Source: Eubacteriales bacterium (GTDB lineage: Bacteria > Bacillota > Clostridia > Oscillospirales > CAG-272). Taken from it: a stretch of DNA of 64,000 nucleotides. This document shows, one piece after another, positions 25,801 to 31,747 of the stretch. Position 1 is the stretch's first letter; every line of letters starts with the position of its first letter. Location: positions 1,882 through 65,881 of the forward strand of contig JAZQEH010000028.1 of NCBI GenBank assembly GCA_045538895.1. The letters are read 5' to 3'. The notes under the pieces are model-generated. The model was not told where the DNA came from and ran no database searches. It worked only from the letters and a program-made list of their open reading frames with translations. The translations under genes were made by a program, and so were the position numbers.

Positions 25801-26778
25801 GAAATTGACGACCCCAGACTCGAAATGGTAAACTCTGCACGTCCCCGTGCATGGGATTTTGCGCCCGATGACCTCACAGATATGCAGTATGTCAGCGGCA
25901 GCGGCAAGACTCACACCGTTACTCTTCAGGAAGAAGCCGCAGCAGCATTCACTGCTATGTTCAATGACATGAGAGAAGCGGGACTTTACGTTCCTTATCC
26001 CAGCTGGCCCTTCCGTAGCGCACATACACAGTACGGTATCTTCTCTGACTCGGTTGGTAATATCCGTGCTAAAGGATACGACTTCAACACTGCATACAAC
26101 TCTGTAGCAAAGTCCGCTAACCCTCCCGGATTCAGCGAACACCAGCTCGGTCTTGCATTTGACATCTACGATGAAAGACTCGAAGAACAGTACGGTGCGG
26201 GCAAGGCACACGAGCATTACCATGACACCGCAGAGTGGCAGTGGATCATCGACAACGGTGCAAAGTACGGCTTTATCCACCGTTTCCTTGCAAACAAGAC
26301 CGCTCAGACAGGTATCATGTATGAAGCATGGCACTTCCGTTACGTAGGCGTAGAGCATGCGATGGCAATAGCCGAAACTGACGGATACTGCCTTGAAGAA
26401 TACGTAGGTCAGACCATCGGTCTCTTCGACCAGAACTCAAGCGTAACCGTTCTCTCGGGTGACTTCTATCAGGTAATGGGCGGTTCCCGCGGATGCGATA
26501 ACCTCACATTTACAGGTACAAGACACGTAACCGTTGGCGAAAAGGCAAACGTTATCAACCTTGTTGACGTTGATGCTGAAGTTGGCGAGGTTGTCAACCC
26601 CACCCTTGGCGACGCAACCGGCGATAAAACCGTAAATCTCGTTGACGTACTCCGTGTATTCAAGTACCTCATTGATAACAGCACTAAAATCGTTACCGAG
26701 GCAGCTGACGCAAACGTTGACGGCAAGATTGATATACTTGATGTGCTTTATATCATCAAGCTTATCGTAAACAGCTAA
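19816..26778 (+). CDS. 2320-aa secreted multidomain protein: six beta-helix-like modules, SGNH/GDSL esterase, VanY-type (M15B) peptidase, C-terminal type I dockerin
   Basis: Signal peptide MKKLFVFVSALLCIVLFALSAGA and SD AGGAGG. GDSITEGY (about 21799) and DILHPS (about 22333) are SGNH blocks. SEHQLGLAFD (about 26134) and EAWHFRYVG (26323) are the M15B zinc/catalytic motifs. Dockerin duplicate Ca-binding loops GDATGDKTVNLVDVL / DANVDGKIDILDVL at 26608-26775. Confidence 0.9.
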   Translation: MKKLFVFVSALLCIVLFALSAGATENVAFVAAGGIGDGSSAQSPLGSLANAFAAVGDGGTVVLTSDLTIGSAVNLPDHTGTVTLTSVYGGVDYRATNDAALRYTASARLVLGGPTVIDYFDIEIDSGANGGAVLAADFNDLTIGYNVDISYNYAVSGVKMYVIGGPNNDATGNILGAGESCTIEIYSGAYEQVVAFSRSVANVSHNGTVYMTLGGNVSARLCFLGAVTTGAKGGSCEVTLKENAKATWFYPSGNASSMNGSVTVNVKDNATISNIDRYADSLFPNGTKTINLYGDSYTVPTNLEKYFNTVNAFEEEPQPPVVSDAVFVADGGTGDGTSESSPIGSLASAYASLKETGGTITLVSDTTLNTDTTFADLNGSVTFNAKNDAVLKLNGNISFSNNENDGTVTFDLPVSASNAAIFGGFNDVVFTENFAVTGTLDFFGGVDATNITNNALAITEKAYSVTVNGGTFNKFALGNYRSEYNDTVGSIAAPVTLTVNGGTFNTSFSVSGMSILADNASISITGGTFNCPVYVQGGMNSVIAQGVKISGTVASDRKYYAIDGDITLSISGGTFNGGTIGAYEVQPAYTQVMRGNYTVSVTGGNFASGTVFDATQVKAYASSSKVATITYPDTYTFTTKLFDTVNGAAQNDKEPVRIAFVGDSITEGYTVAAEGVDRLTGSYPALIASLAESDSKDVVVSNYGISSAGLLRATAYYYPNYLAYKMLLEETDADYIVIAIGVNDNAAGGTTGAQIEFETNYRSLIETVGALPETEKVFITNAIFWNASKLGSIRATSVIRPTQEKIAKEFESVNADKYIFVDLYGLTLDAAKNGTLLSSDILHPSKAGFSKMADVLYGVMFENAPATTTAYKSNDVYISASGNAFGSGTKDDPISHIEFAFAKLPLNEESTVHIVGKVPFSSSLFIPVGPSKLTIVGEGDGAILENGSVSFKIGCDVKFDNITLATTATTEIYGCYNDIEMTDTVALSGNWSFFAGHNIYREGATNVAHDTVASASDNKDCNINISATGTFTNFALGNRRSDGIAPIGTYSGNLTAYVGNNVRVSGTSIVGIVGQNYLTGTVTASIPSTVVLEEYASIGTVTSPIVYDESKNTGSVSVTSRNVIAPTVAYVSYGASGSGDSPETPAGTLAGAYALLDATKDCTIVLMSDYPVSALTTLPAHGAKVTITSVYGGVDYRTTNNAALRYTASARIVLGGDTVIDNLNIEIDQSANSGAVIAANFHDLKLGYGVEIIHNYTVANSRMYIIGGSNNDANGNGLAAGEVCNIEILSGDYYQVTAFSRGTANKAHYGTVNLKIGGDATVFETYLGAVTTGASGGTVNFEICENAKLHTNGLALSGNAGNMNGDVTVTVRDNASISKFARYDASIHAGTKTINVYGESISLPASLETYFDVVNIYIPKDSVTVTESIDTDKIVSVTADGAALQAEVTSTANGLTVEYTESLENFTLAITVKDTSYTVYEYTVTETNGTAKAVLASTKTYAGDVVYVGAKDGSGLTPASPVSSLEKAYNTLLGDGGTIVVVDAVTMARVTAPAHSGKITVTSVYGGTDYRESGAKLVCATSIGWQLGGETVIENITVDIATTAVISAAFNPLTIGDGVEIINDYSSNDANGLYLVGGHNNSTATLSVYPDDTSITVRSGHIRCIIGFSRYSGARVHTGKATINVEGDAYVRYVFAGAVENNATSKDAVINVRDKAIVENLFAGGSTKTNYTTGKTVIDVTELNGGDIYEFDTVGIFTSDGKVELHYDPRTVAEGITTMAAMARFNVLSTCDLAGAHTFGAAYANPFGGGLTAHTCEICEYTCLIEAAPAKVADKVVFVADGGFGNGLSPLHPFGSLEDAFNALGSDGGTIVLVDECTLPVNLVWRFGASHVSFMEPVHKGNVLITSVYSDADYRENGAKLIFDGNMHYRLSGPTTFDNIVFDTVGNPTTNLIAARYNPLVFGENCKMNRTNADGYNLWVVGGYQYFRFSDFTGVEIDDPRLEMVNSARPRAWDFAPDDLTDMQYVSGSGKTHTVTLQEEAAAAFTAMFNDMREAGLYVPYPSWPFRSAHTQYGIFSDSVGNIRAKGYDFNTAYNSVAKSANPPGFSEHQLGLAFDIYDERLEEQYGAGKAHEHYHDTAEWQWIIDNGAKYGFIHRFLANKTAQTGIMYEAWHFRYVGVEHAMAIAETDGYCLEEYVGQTIGLFDQNSSVTVLSGDFYQVMGGSRGCDNLTFTGTRHVTVGEKANVINLVDVDAEVGEVVNPTLGDATGDKTVNLVDVLRVFKYLIDNSTKIVTEAADANVDGKIDILDVLYIIKLIVNS
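19888..20754 (+). repeat. Intragenic duplicated module (copy 1), paralogous to 23182-24066
   Basis: About 290-aa modules are colinear with long identical stretches, e.g. TSVYGGVDYR.TN.AALRYTASAR.VLGG and YLGAVTTGA.GG. Similarity is also visible at the DNA level. Confidence 0.8.
23182..24066 (+). repeat. Intragenic duplicated module (copy 2), paralogous to 19888-20754
   Basis: See copy 1. Weaker copies of the same module start near aa 326, 880, 1500 and 1838 of the protein. Confidence 0.8.
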
Positions 26779-26789
26779 TACGATTCAAG

Positions 26790-26825
26790 AATTATGCGGC
26801 GGAATACCGCCGCATAATTTATCAA
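26790..26825 (+). terminator. Stem-loop terminator after the giant gene
   Basis: 13-bp perfect stem aattatgcggcgg / ccgccgcataatt with a 4-nt loop, followed by TTTATC. It ends about 10 nt before the next ATG. Confidence 0.65.
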
Positions 26826-26831
26826 AGAAAT

Positions 26832-28988
26832 ATGGAAAACAGAATTATACACGTCGCAAACAGCGACGAATTTGAAAAGGCATTTCAAGAATTAGCAAAC
26901 GGCGGTACGGTAGTCCTTACCGATACGGTTATTGCAAAACAGGCACGGCTTGCCCATCACAGCGGTATTATCACCGTTACAGGCAAGACACTGTGCTTTA
27001 ATGAGTCGGTAACCGTTACGCTCGGAGGAGAAACCGTTTTTGAAAACATAACCTTTGACATTGCTTCGTCAGGAGTAATTGCGGCTGACTTCAATCCCGT
27101 TACATTCGGTGACGGCATTAAAGTAAACTGCGACATGTCGATAGAACAAAACGGACTCTACGTAGTTGGCGGCGAAAACAACTGTTTAAACGAAAAAGAG
27201 GAGTACTGCGGCGATACAAGCATCACCGTTGCAAGCGGCGCCTTCAGCCGCATTGTCGGTTTTTCAAGAGGATGTGCAAGCCGAAGTCACACAGGACATG
27301 CGACTCTTACCGTTAAAGGCGATGCCTATGTACGTTATCTTGTTGCAGGTGCAATGGGCGACGGTGCCACCGCAAAAAGCGCTACCCTCAATCTACATGA
27401 CAGTGCAGTTATTGAAGCTGTACACATGGGAGGTGCCAAGGAGGAAAACACACTTTTTGGCGATATGGATATCTTTGTTGACGGCGGAGATATTTTCCGC
27501 TTTGACAGGGTGTGTCTTTCGGCAGTACGTGGAAAGCGTTCTCTGGTTTATAATGAAGAAACTGCACCGAAAGGGCTTTTATATCTTGCAAAGCTTGCAC
27601 GTTTTGATGATATAAAAACCACGTGTGATACAGACGGTCACACTTTCGGCAAGCCTTTTGCCAATCCTTTCGGCGGTGAAGCGATGATACGCAAATGCAG
27701 TGTATGCGGCAAAACCGAAATTGTAGGCGACAGCAATTATGCACCGCAGAAAGACGTTGTTTTTGCTGCTGATGGCGGTTTCGGTGACGGTTCCTCACCG
27801 TATTACCCAATCGACGGCTATGCTAAAGCATTTGAACAACTTGAAAACGGAGGCACGCTTGTGCTTTGCGGCAAATGTGTCCTGAAAGCAAATCTCGTTG
27901 ACCAGTTCAGAGAAGTTACCGATGCATATCAGGAGCCGCGTCACAAAGAAAAAATCACCGTTACAAGCGTATACGGCGGAACAGACTACCGCAAAGACGG
28001 TGCCTGCCTTTACTTTGAAAATAATACCGACTACAGAATGTCGGGGGCTACCACGTTTGAAAACATGGATTTTGATGCGGCAAGCAACGTAAAAGGCAAC
28101 CGCATTATAGCAAGATACTCGCCCCTCGTTATCGGCGAAAACTGTCACACCCCCGTGCGTGACGGCTACAAGCTTGACATAATAGGCGGATACCTTAAAT
28201 TCAGGTATTCGGATTTTGACGGTGCTGAAATAGAGAACGAGTATGAAGAACTTGTAGGCGTTTGCCGTACTCTGCCGCTCGACTATGAAATAGCCGACCT
28301 TGAGCCTATTAAAAGATATCCTAACTTCTCGCTGAGAAGCAAGGCGGCAAGAGCCTTTAACGAAATGTTCGACGATATGGAAAAGGACGGACTGAAAGTA
28401 CCCACCGTAACCGATGCAATGCGTCCATATGCACGGCAGTACGCCTTGTTTACAGGTTACCTCGGCCGCCTGCGTCGCACGTTTGGTTACAGCTTTGACG
28501 AAGCACTCCGTGTAGTAATGCGTTCCTGTGCCGTTCCCTGCTGCTCTGAGCATCAATGGGGTGTTGCGGTTGATATGTACCACCTTGACATGGTGCAGTA
28601 CGGTTCGAAAAAGCATCACTATTTTGATATCACTCCCGAATGGGAATGGGTGCATGAAAACGGCAAAAAATACGGTATAGTTTTGCGTTATGCCGCAGAT
28701 AAAACCGATATCACGGGATGTATCTATGAAGCATGGCACTTCCGTTATGTCGGCAAAACTGTTGCAAGAATACTCCTTGCAAGAGGACTTTGCCTTGAAG
28801 AATACATGGGAGCAAAGCTTGGACTTTTGAACCTTGATTCAAGCGTTACCGTAAAAAGCGGTGTGTTTAACTCAATCACCCCGTTCTCCCGTGAAACGGG
28901 ACTCATGCAACTTACAGGCAAGCATTTTGTTTCTATTTCTGACGGAGTTACCGTAAAAGAAAAGAACAACGAACTTTCGGAGTGCTGA
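26832..28988 (+). CDS. 718-aa signal-less paralog of the C-terminal third of the giant protein (two beta-helix-like modules plus intact VanY/M15B domain, no dockerin)
   Basis: Colinear with giant residues about 1490-2230. CSEHQWGVAVD (about 28545) and EAWHFRYVG (28728) are retained. The N-terminus MENRIIHVANSDEFEK is hydrophilic. No GG-containing SD upstream. Confidence 0.8.
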   Translation: MENRIIHVANSDEFEKAFQELANGGTVVLTDTVIAKQARLAHHSGIITVTGKTLCFNESVTVTLGGETVFENITFDIASSGVIAADFNPVTFGDGIKVNCDMSIEQNGLYVVGGENNCLNEKEEYCGDTSITVASGAFSRIVGFSRGCASRSHTGHATLTVKGDAYVRYLVAGAMGDGATAKSATLNLHDSAVIEAVHMGGAKEENTLFGDMDIFVDGGDIFRFDRVCLSAVRGKRSLVYNEETAPKGLLYLAKLARFDDIKTTCDTDGHTFGKPFANPFGGEAMIRKCSVCGKTEIVGDSNYAPQKDVVFAADGGFGDGSSPYYPIDGYAKAFEQLENGGTLVLCGKCVLKANLVDQFREVTDAYQEPRHKEKITVTSVYGGTDYRKDGACLYFENNTDYRMSGATTFENMDFDAASNVKGNRIIARYSPLVIGENCHTPVRDGYKLDIIGGYLKFRYSDFDGAEIENEYEELVGVCRTLPLDYEIADLEPIKRYPNFSLRSKAARAFNEMFDDMEKDGLKVPTVTDAMRPYARQYALFTGYLGRLRRTFGYSFDEALRVVMRSCAVPCCSEHQWGVAVDMYHLDMVQYGSKKHHYFDITPEWEWVHENGKKYGIVLRYAADKTDITGCIYEAWHFRYVGKTVARILLARGLCLEEYMGAKLGLLNLDSSVTVKSGVFNSITPFSRETGLMQLTGKHFVSISDGVTVKEKNNELSEC

Positions 28989-29017
28989 CACATTTTTGAT
29001 AAATTATGCAAATTCTA

Positions 29018-29046
29018 TTGAGAAAACGAAAGAATACTGCTATAAT
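29018..29046 (+). promoter_or_regulatory. Sigma-A promoter of the SPFH gene
   Basis: TTGAGA-17 nt-TATAAT, then SD GTGAGGT and the ATG at 29078. Confidence 0.6.
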
Positions 29047-29077
29047 ATAATCAAAAGCACGAAAGTGAGGTACCGAT

Positions 29078-30403
29078 ATGGGACTTATTAAAGCAGGACT
29101 TGGCGCACTCGGCGGCGTACTTGCCGACCAGTGGAAAGAATTTTTCTATTGTGACGCTCTCGACAGCGAAACACTTATGGTAAAGGGGCAAAAGCGTACA
29201 AGCGGCCGTTCCTCAAATACCAAGGGCGAAGACAACATCATTTCAAACGGCTCAGGTATTGCCGTAGCAGACGGTCAGGCAATGGTTATTGTTGAGCAAG
29301 GTAAAATCGTAGAATTCTGCGCAGAGCCCGGCGAGTTTACATACGACACCTCGACAGAGCCTTCCATTTTCTGCGGTAGCCTCGGCGAAAGCATTAAAGA
29401 AACATTCAAGACCGTAGGCAAGCGTTTCACCTACGGCGGCGATACGGGCAAGGACCAGAGAATCTACTACTTCAACACAAAGGAGATTTCGGGCAACAAG
29501 TTTGGTACTAAAACCCCTATTCCTTTCCGTGTAGTTGTAAATGAAGCACTCGGCTTCAAACTTTCCGTAGACATTCGTTGCAACGGTGAGTTCTCCTATA
29601 TCATCACCGACCCGCTTCTCCTTTACACAAAGGTAATGGGTAACGTATCCGACAGATATATGCGTAGCGACATGGAAGACATTGTTCGCTCCGAGCTTCT
29701 CGATGCACTTCAGCCTGCTTTCTCCGCAGTTGCGGCTACAGGCGTTGAGTATTACGAGATCCCCGGTCATTCCAGAGACGTAAAGAATGCTCTTGAAGAA
29801 GAACTCAGCGACCTTTGGGGCAAAAAGCGTGGTATTACCATTTATTCATTCAATATCAATTCCCTTTCTATTCCCGATGAGCAGAAGAAGAAGATTACCG
29901 AGTGGGAAGAGAATGCCATGACGCTCAATCCCAATGTCGCAGGTGCGAGAATTGTTGGCGGTCAGGTAGACGCAATGCGTACTGCTGCTGCTAATGAAGC
30001 AGGTGCAATGACCGGCTTTATGGGCATGGGCATGGCAATGAATGCAGGCGGCATGAATGCACAGAACCTCTTTGCAATGGGACAGCAGCAACAAGCAGTT
30101 CCCAATCCTCAAGCTGCTGCAACTCCCGATGCTGCAATGGGCTGGAAGTGTGCTTGCGGTGCAGTTGCAACAGGCAATTTCTGTCCCGAGTGCGGTGCAA
30201 AGAAGCCTGTGGCTGACGGCTGGACATGTGCATGCGGTACAGAAAACAAAGGTAAATTCTGCTCCAACTGCGGTGCAAAGAAACCCGCAGGCGCACCGCA
30301 GTATAAGTGCGACAAGTGCGGCTGGGAGCCCGAGGCAGGCGCAACACCTCCCAAGTTCTGTCCCGAATGCGGCGACAAGTTCGACAACGACGATATAAAA
30401 TAA
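29078..30403 (+). CDS. SPFH/Band-7-like (YdjI-type) protein with three C-terminal zinc ribbons
   Basis: N-terminus MGLIKAGLGALGGVLADQWKEFFYCDAL is typical of the YdjI-like SPFH family. C-terminus has CACG..CPECG, CACG..CSNCG and CDKCG..CPECG. Confidence 0.75.
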   Translation: MGLIKAGLGALGGVLADQWKEFFYCDALDSETLMVKGQKRTSGRSSNTKGEDNIISNGSGIAVADGQAMVIVEQGKIVEFCAEPGEFTYDTSTEPSIFCGSLGESIKETFKTVGKRFTYGGDTGKDQRIYYFNTKEISGNKFGTKTPIPFRVVVNEALGFKLSVDIRCNGEFSYIITDPLLLYTKVMGNVSDRYMRSDMEDIVRSELLDALQPAFSAVAATGVEYYEIPGHSRDVKNALEEELSDLWGKKRGITIYSFNINSLSIPDEQKKKITEWEENAMTLNPNVAGARIVGGQVDAMRTAAANEAGAMTGFMGMGMAMNAGGMNAQNLFAMGQQQQAVPNPQAAATPDAAMGWKCACGAVATGNFCPECGAKKPVADGWTCACGTENKGKFCSNCGAKKPAGAPQYKCDKCGWEPEAGATPPKFCPECGDKFDNDDIK

Positions 30404-30425
30404 TTTCATTTTAAAACAAAAGCCA

Positions 30426-30459
30426 TGCAAAACTGAAAGTCAGTTTTGCATTGCTTTTT
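30426..30459 (+). terminator. Rho-independent terminator after the SPFH gene
   Basis: 11-bp stem tgcaaaactga / tcagttttgca followed by TTGCTTTTTG. Confidence 0.75.
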
Positions 30460-30493
30460 GATTTGTATACGGCAGATTATTGTTTAGCGAAGT

Positions 30494-30629
30494 AACGAAG
30501 GCGTTCTTTCTTAAGAAGAAAGAACCAAAGAAAAACTGTAAAATATTTAATAAGTAGCCGTGGCTACAGACAATTTGTTTTTACAAAAAGGTTTGGAAGT
30601 GTCGGAACCTTTCCGGGGCAGGTTCTGCC
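30494..30629 (+). repeat. Intergenic repeat element, copy A (inverted copy at 57051-57187)
   Basis: aacgaaggcgttctttct..agaaagaaccaaagaaaaactgtaaaa...agcc..ggcta...aaaaaggtttgga.gtgtcggaacctttcc....aggttctg is shared with the reverse complement of 57051-57187. Confidence 0.8.
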
Positions 30630-30652
30630 GCCGTTACCATAAAAATAATTTG

Positions 30653-31573
30653 TTACATATTCGCAATATACTCTTCTGCGTAGTAAGCCGCTACTGCACC
30701 GTCTGCTGCAGCGGTAACAATCTGTCTGAGTGCTTTTGTACGCACGTCCCCTGCGGCAAAAACTCCCGACACATTGGTTTTTGTTGTTTCGTCAGCCACT
30801 ATATACCCAGCCGCATCAAGTTCTATCTGCCCTTTAAAAATGTCGGTTGCAGGAGTTCTTCCGATGCTGATAAATACTCCGTCAAGCGTGATATCCTCGC
30901 ACTCTCCGTTTTTATTCTGTATCTTCACTCCGCTTATCTTTTTATCGTAGATAAACTCCTTTACCTCACTGTTCCACTTGAACTCAACGTTCTCTGCCTT
31001 AAGAAGCGGCTCATGATAAATCTTTGTTGCACGCATAGTATCACGGCGATGAATAAGATAAACCTTTGTGCAGATTTTTGAAAGCAGAAGGGCATCCGCC
31101 GCCGCAGAGTTACCTCCGCCTACAACCGCAACAGTTTTGCCCTTGTAAAACATTCCGTCGCAAGCCGCACAGTAGCCCACTCCTCTACCAACAAGTTTTT
31201 CCTCATCGGCAACACCGAGATGCTTATGCTCTGCACCTGTCGCAATGATCACCGCTTTTGTCTTATATTCGCCACTATCAGTTACTATAGTTTTAATCTT
31301 GTGCAAAAGGTCAACAGAAAGCACCTCGGTCTGAACGGTTTTTGCACCGAAACGTTCTGCTCCCTGCTGCATCTTAAAACCGAGAGTAAATCCGTCTACT
31401 CCCTCGTCAAAACCGGGGTAATTGTCAATCTGCTGTGTCTGTGTCATCTGTCCGCCTGCAGAAAACTTTTCAAGAACCAGCGTGTCAAGTCCTGCACGTA
31501 CAGCATACATCGCCGCAGTGTAGCCTGCCGGTCCGCCACCGATTACTATTATATCGTAAATAACGTCTTTCAT
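30653..31573 (-). CDS. trxB: Thioredoxin-disulfide reductase
   Basis: GGGPAGYTAA FAD motif, CAACDG redox-active disulfide and GGGNSA NADPH motif. Start set to ATG 31573 after GAGGAG, because the -10 of its promoter falls inside the track's N-terminal extension. Confidence 0.92.
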   Translation of the reverse strand: MKDVIYDIIVIGGGPAGYTAAMYAVRAGLDTLVLEKFSAGGQMTQTQQIDNYPGFDEGVDGFTLGFKMQQGAERFGAKTVQTEVLSVDLLHKIKTIVTDSGEYKTKAVIIATGAEHKHLGVADEEKLVGRGVGYCAACDGMFYKGKTVAVVGGGNSAAADALLLSKICTKVYLIHRRDTMRATKIYHEPLLKAENVEFKWNSEVKEFIYDKKISGVKIQNKNGECEDITLDGVFISIGRTPATDIFKGQIELDAAGYIVADETTKTNVSGVFAAGDVRTKALRQIVTAAADGAVAAYYAEEYIANM

Positions 31574-31602
31574 ATTTTTCTCCTCGTTTACGCTTTGATT
31601 CA

Positions 31603-31631
31603 ATTATATCATGTTAAGGTAGTATAATCAA
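31603..31631 (-). promoter_or_regulatory. Sigma-A promoter of trxB
   Basis: Minus strand reads TTGATT-17 nt-TATAAT. Confidence 0.6.
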
Positions 31632-31677
31632 CTGCAAAAGTGAATATTAGCTCAAACCGTGCGGTTTGGCATTTTTA

Positions 31678-31706
31678 TTGACTTTATGTGCGTTTTAGTG
31701 TAAAAT
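31678..31706 (+). promoter_or_regulatory. Sigma-A promoter of the regulator/transglutaminase/pilus-like operon
   Basis: TTGACT-17 nt-TAAAAT, then SD AAGGAGG and the ATG at 31748. Confidence 0.6.
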
Positions 31707-31747
31707 TATAGTAGATAAGTATACATAAAAGCAAGGAGGTATTCGCC

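Noticed and set aside
30560-31081. 173-aa + strand ORF starting in the intergenic repeat and running antisense through trxB
   Set aside because: It has a GTG start with no SD. Its 5' part is the non-coding repeat, and the second copy of that repeat does not preserve the frame. The rest is antisense to a confidently identified trxB.
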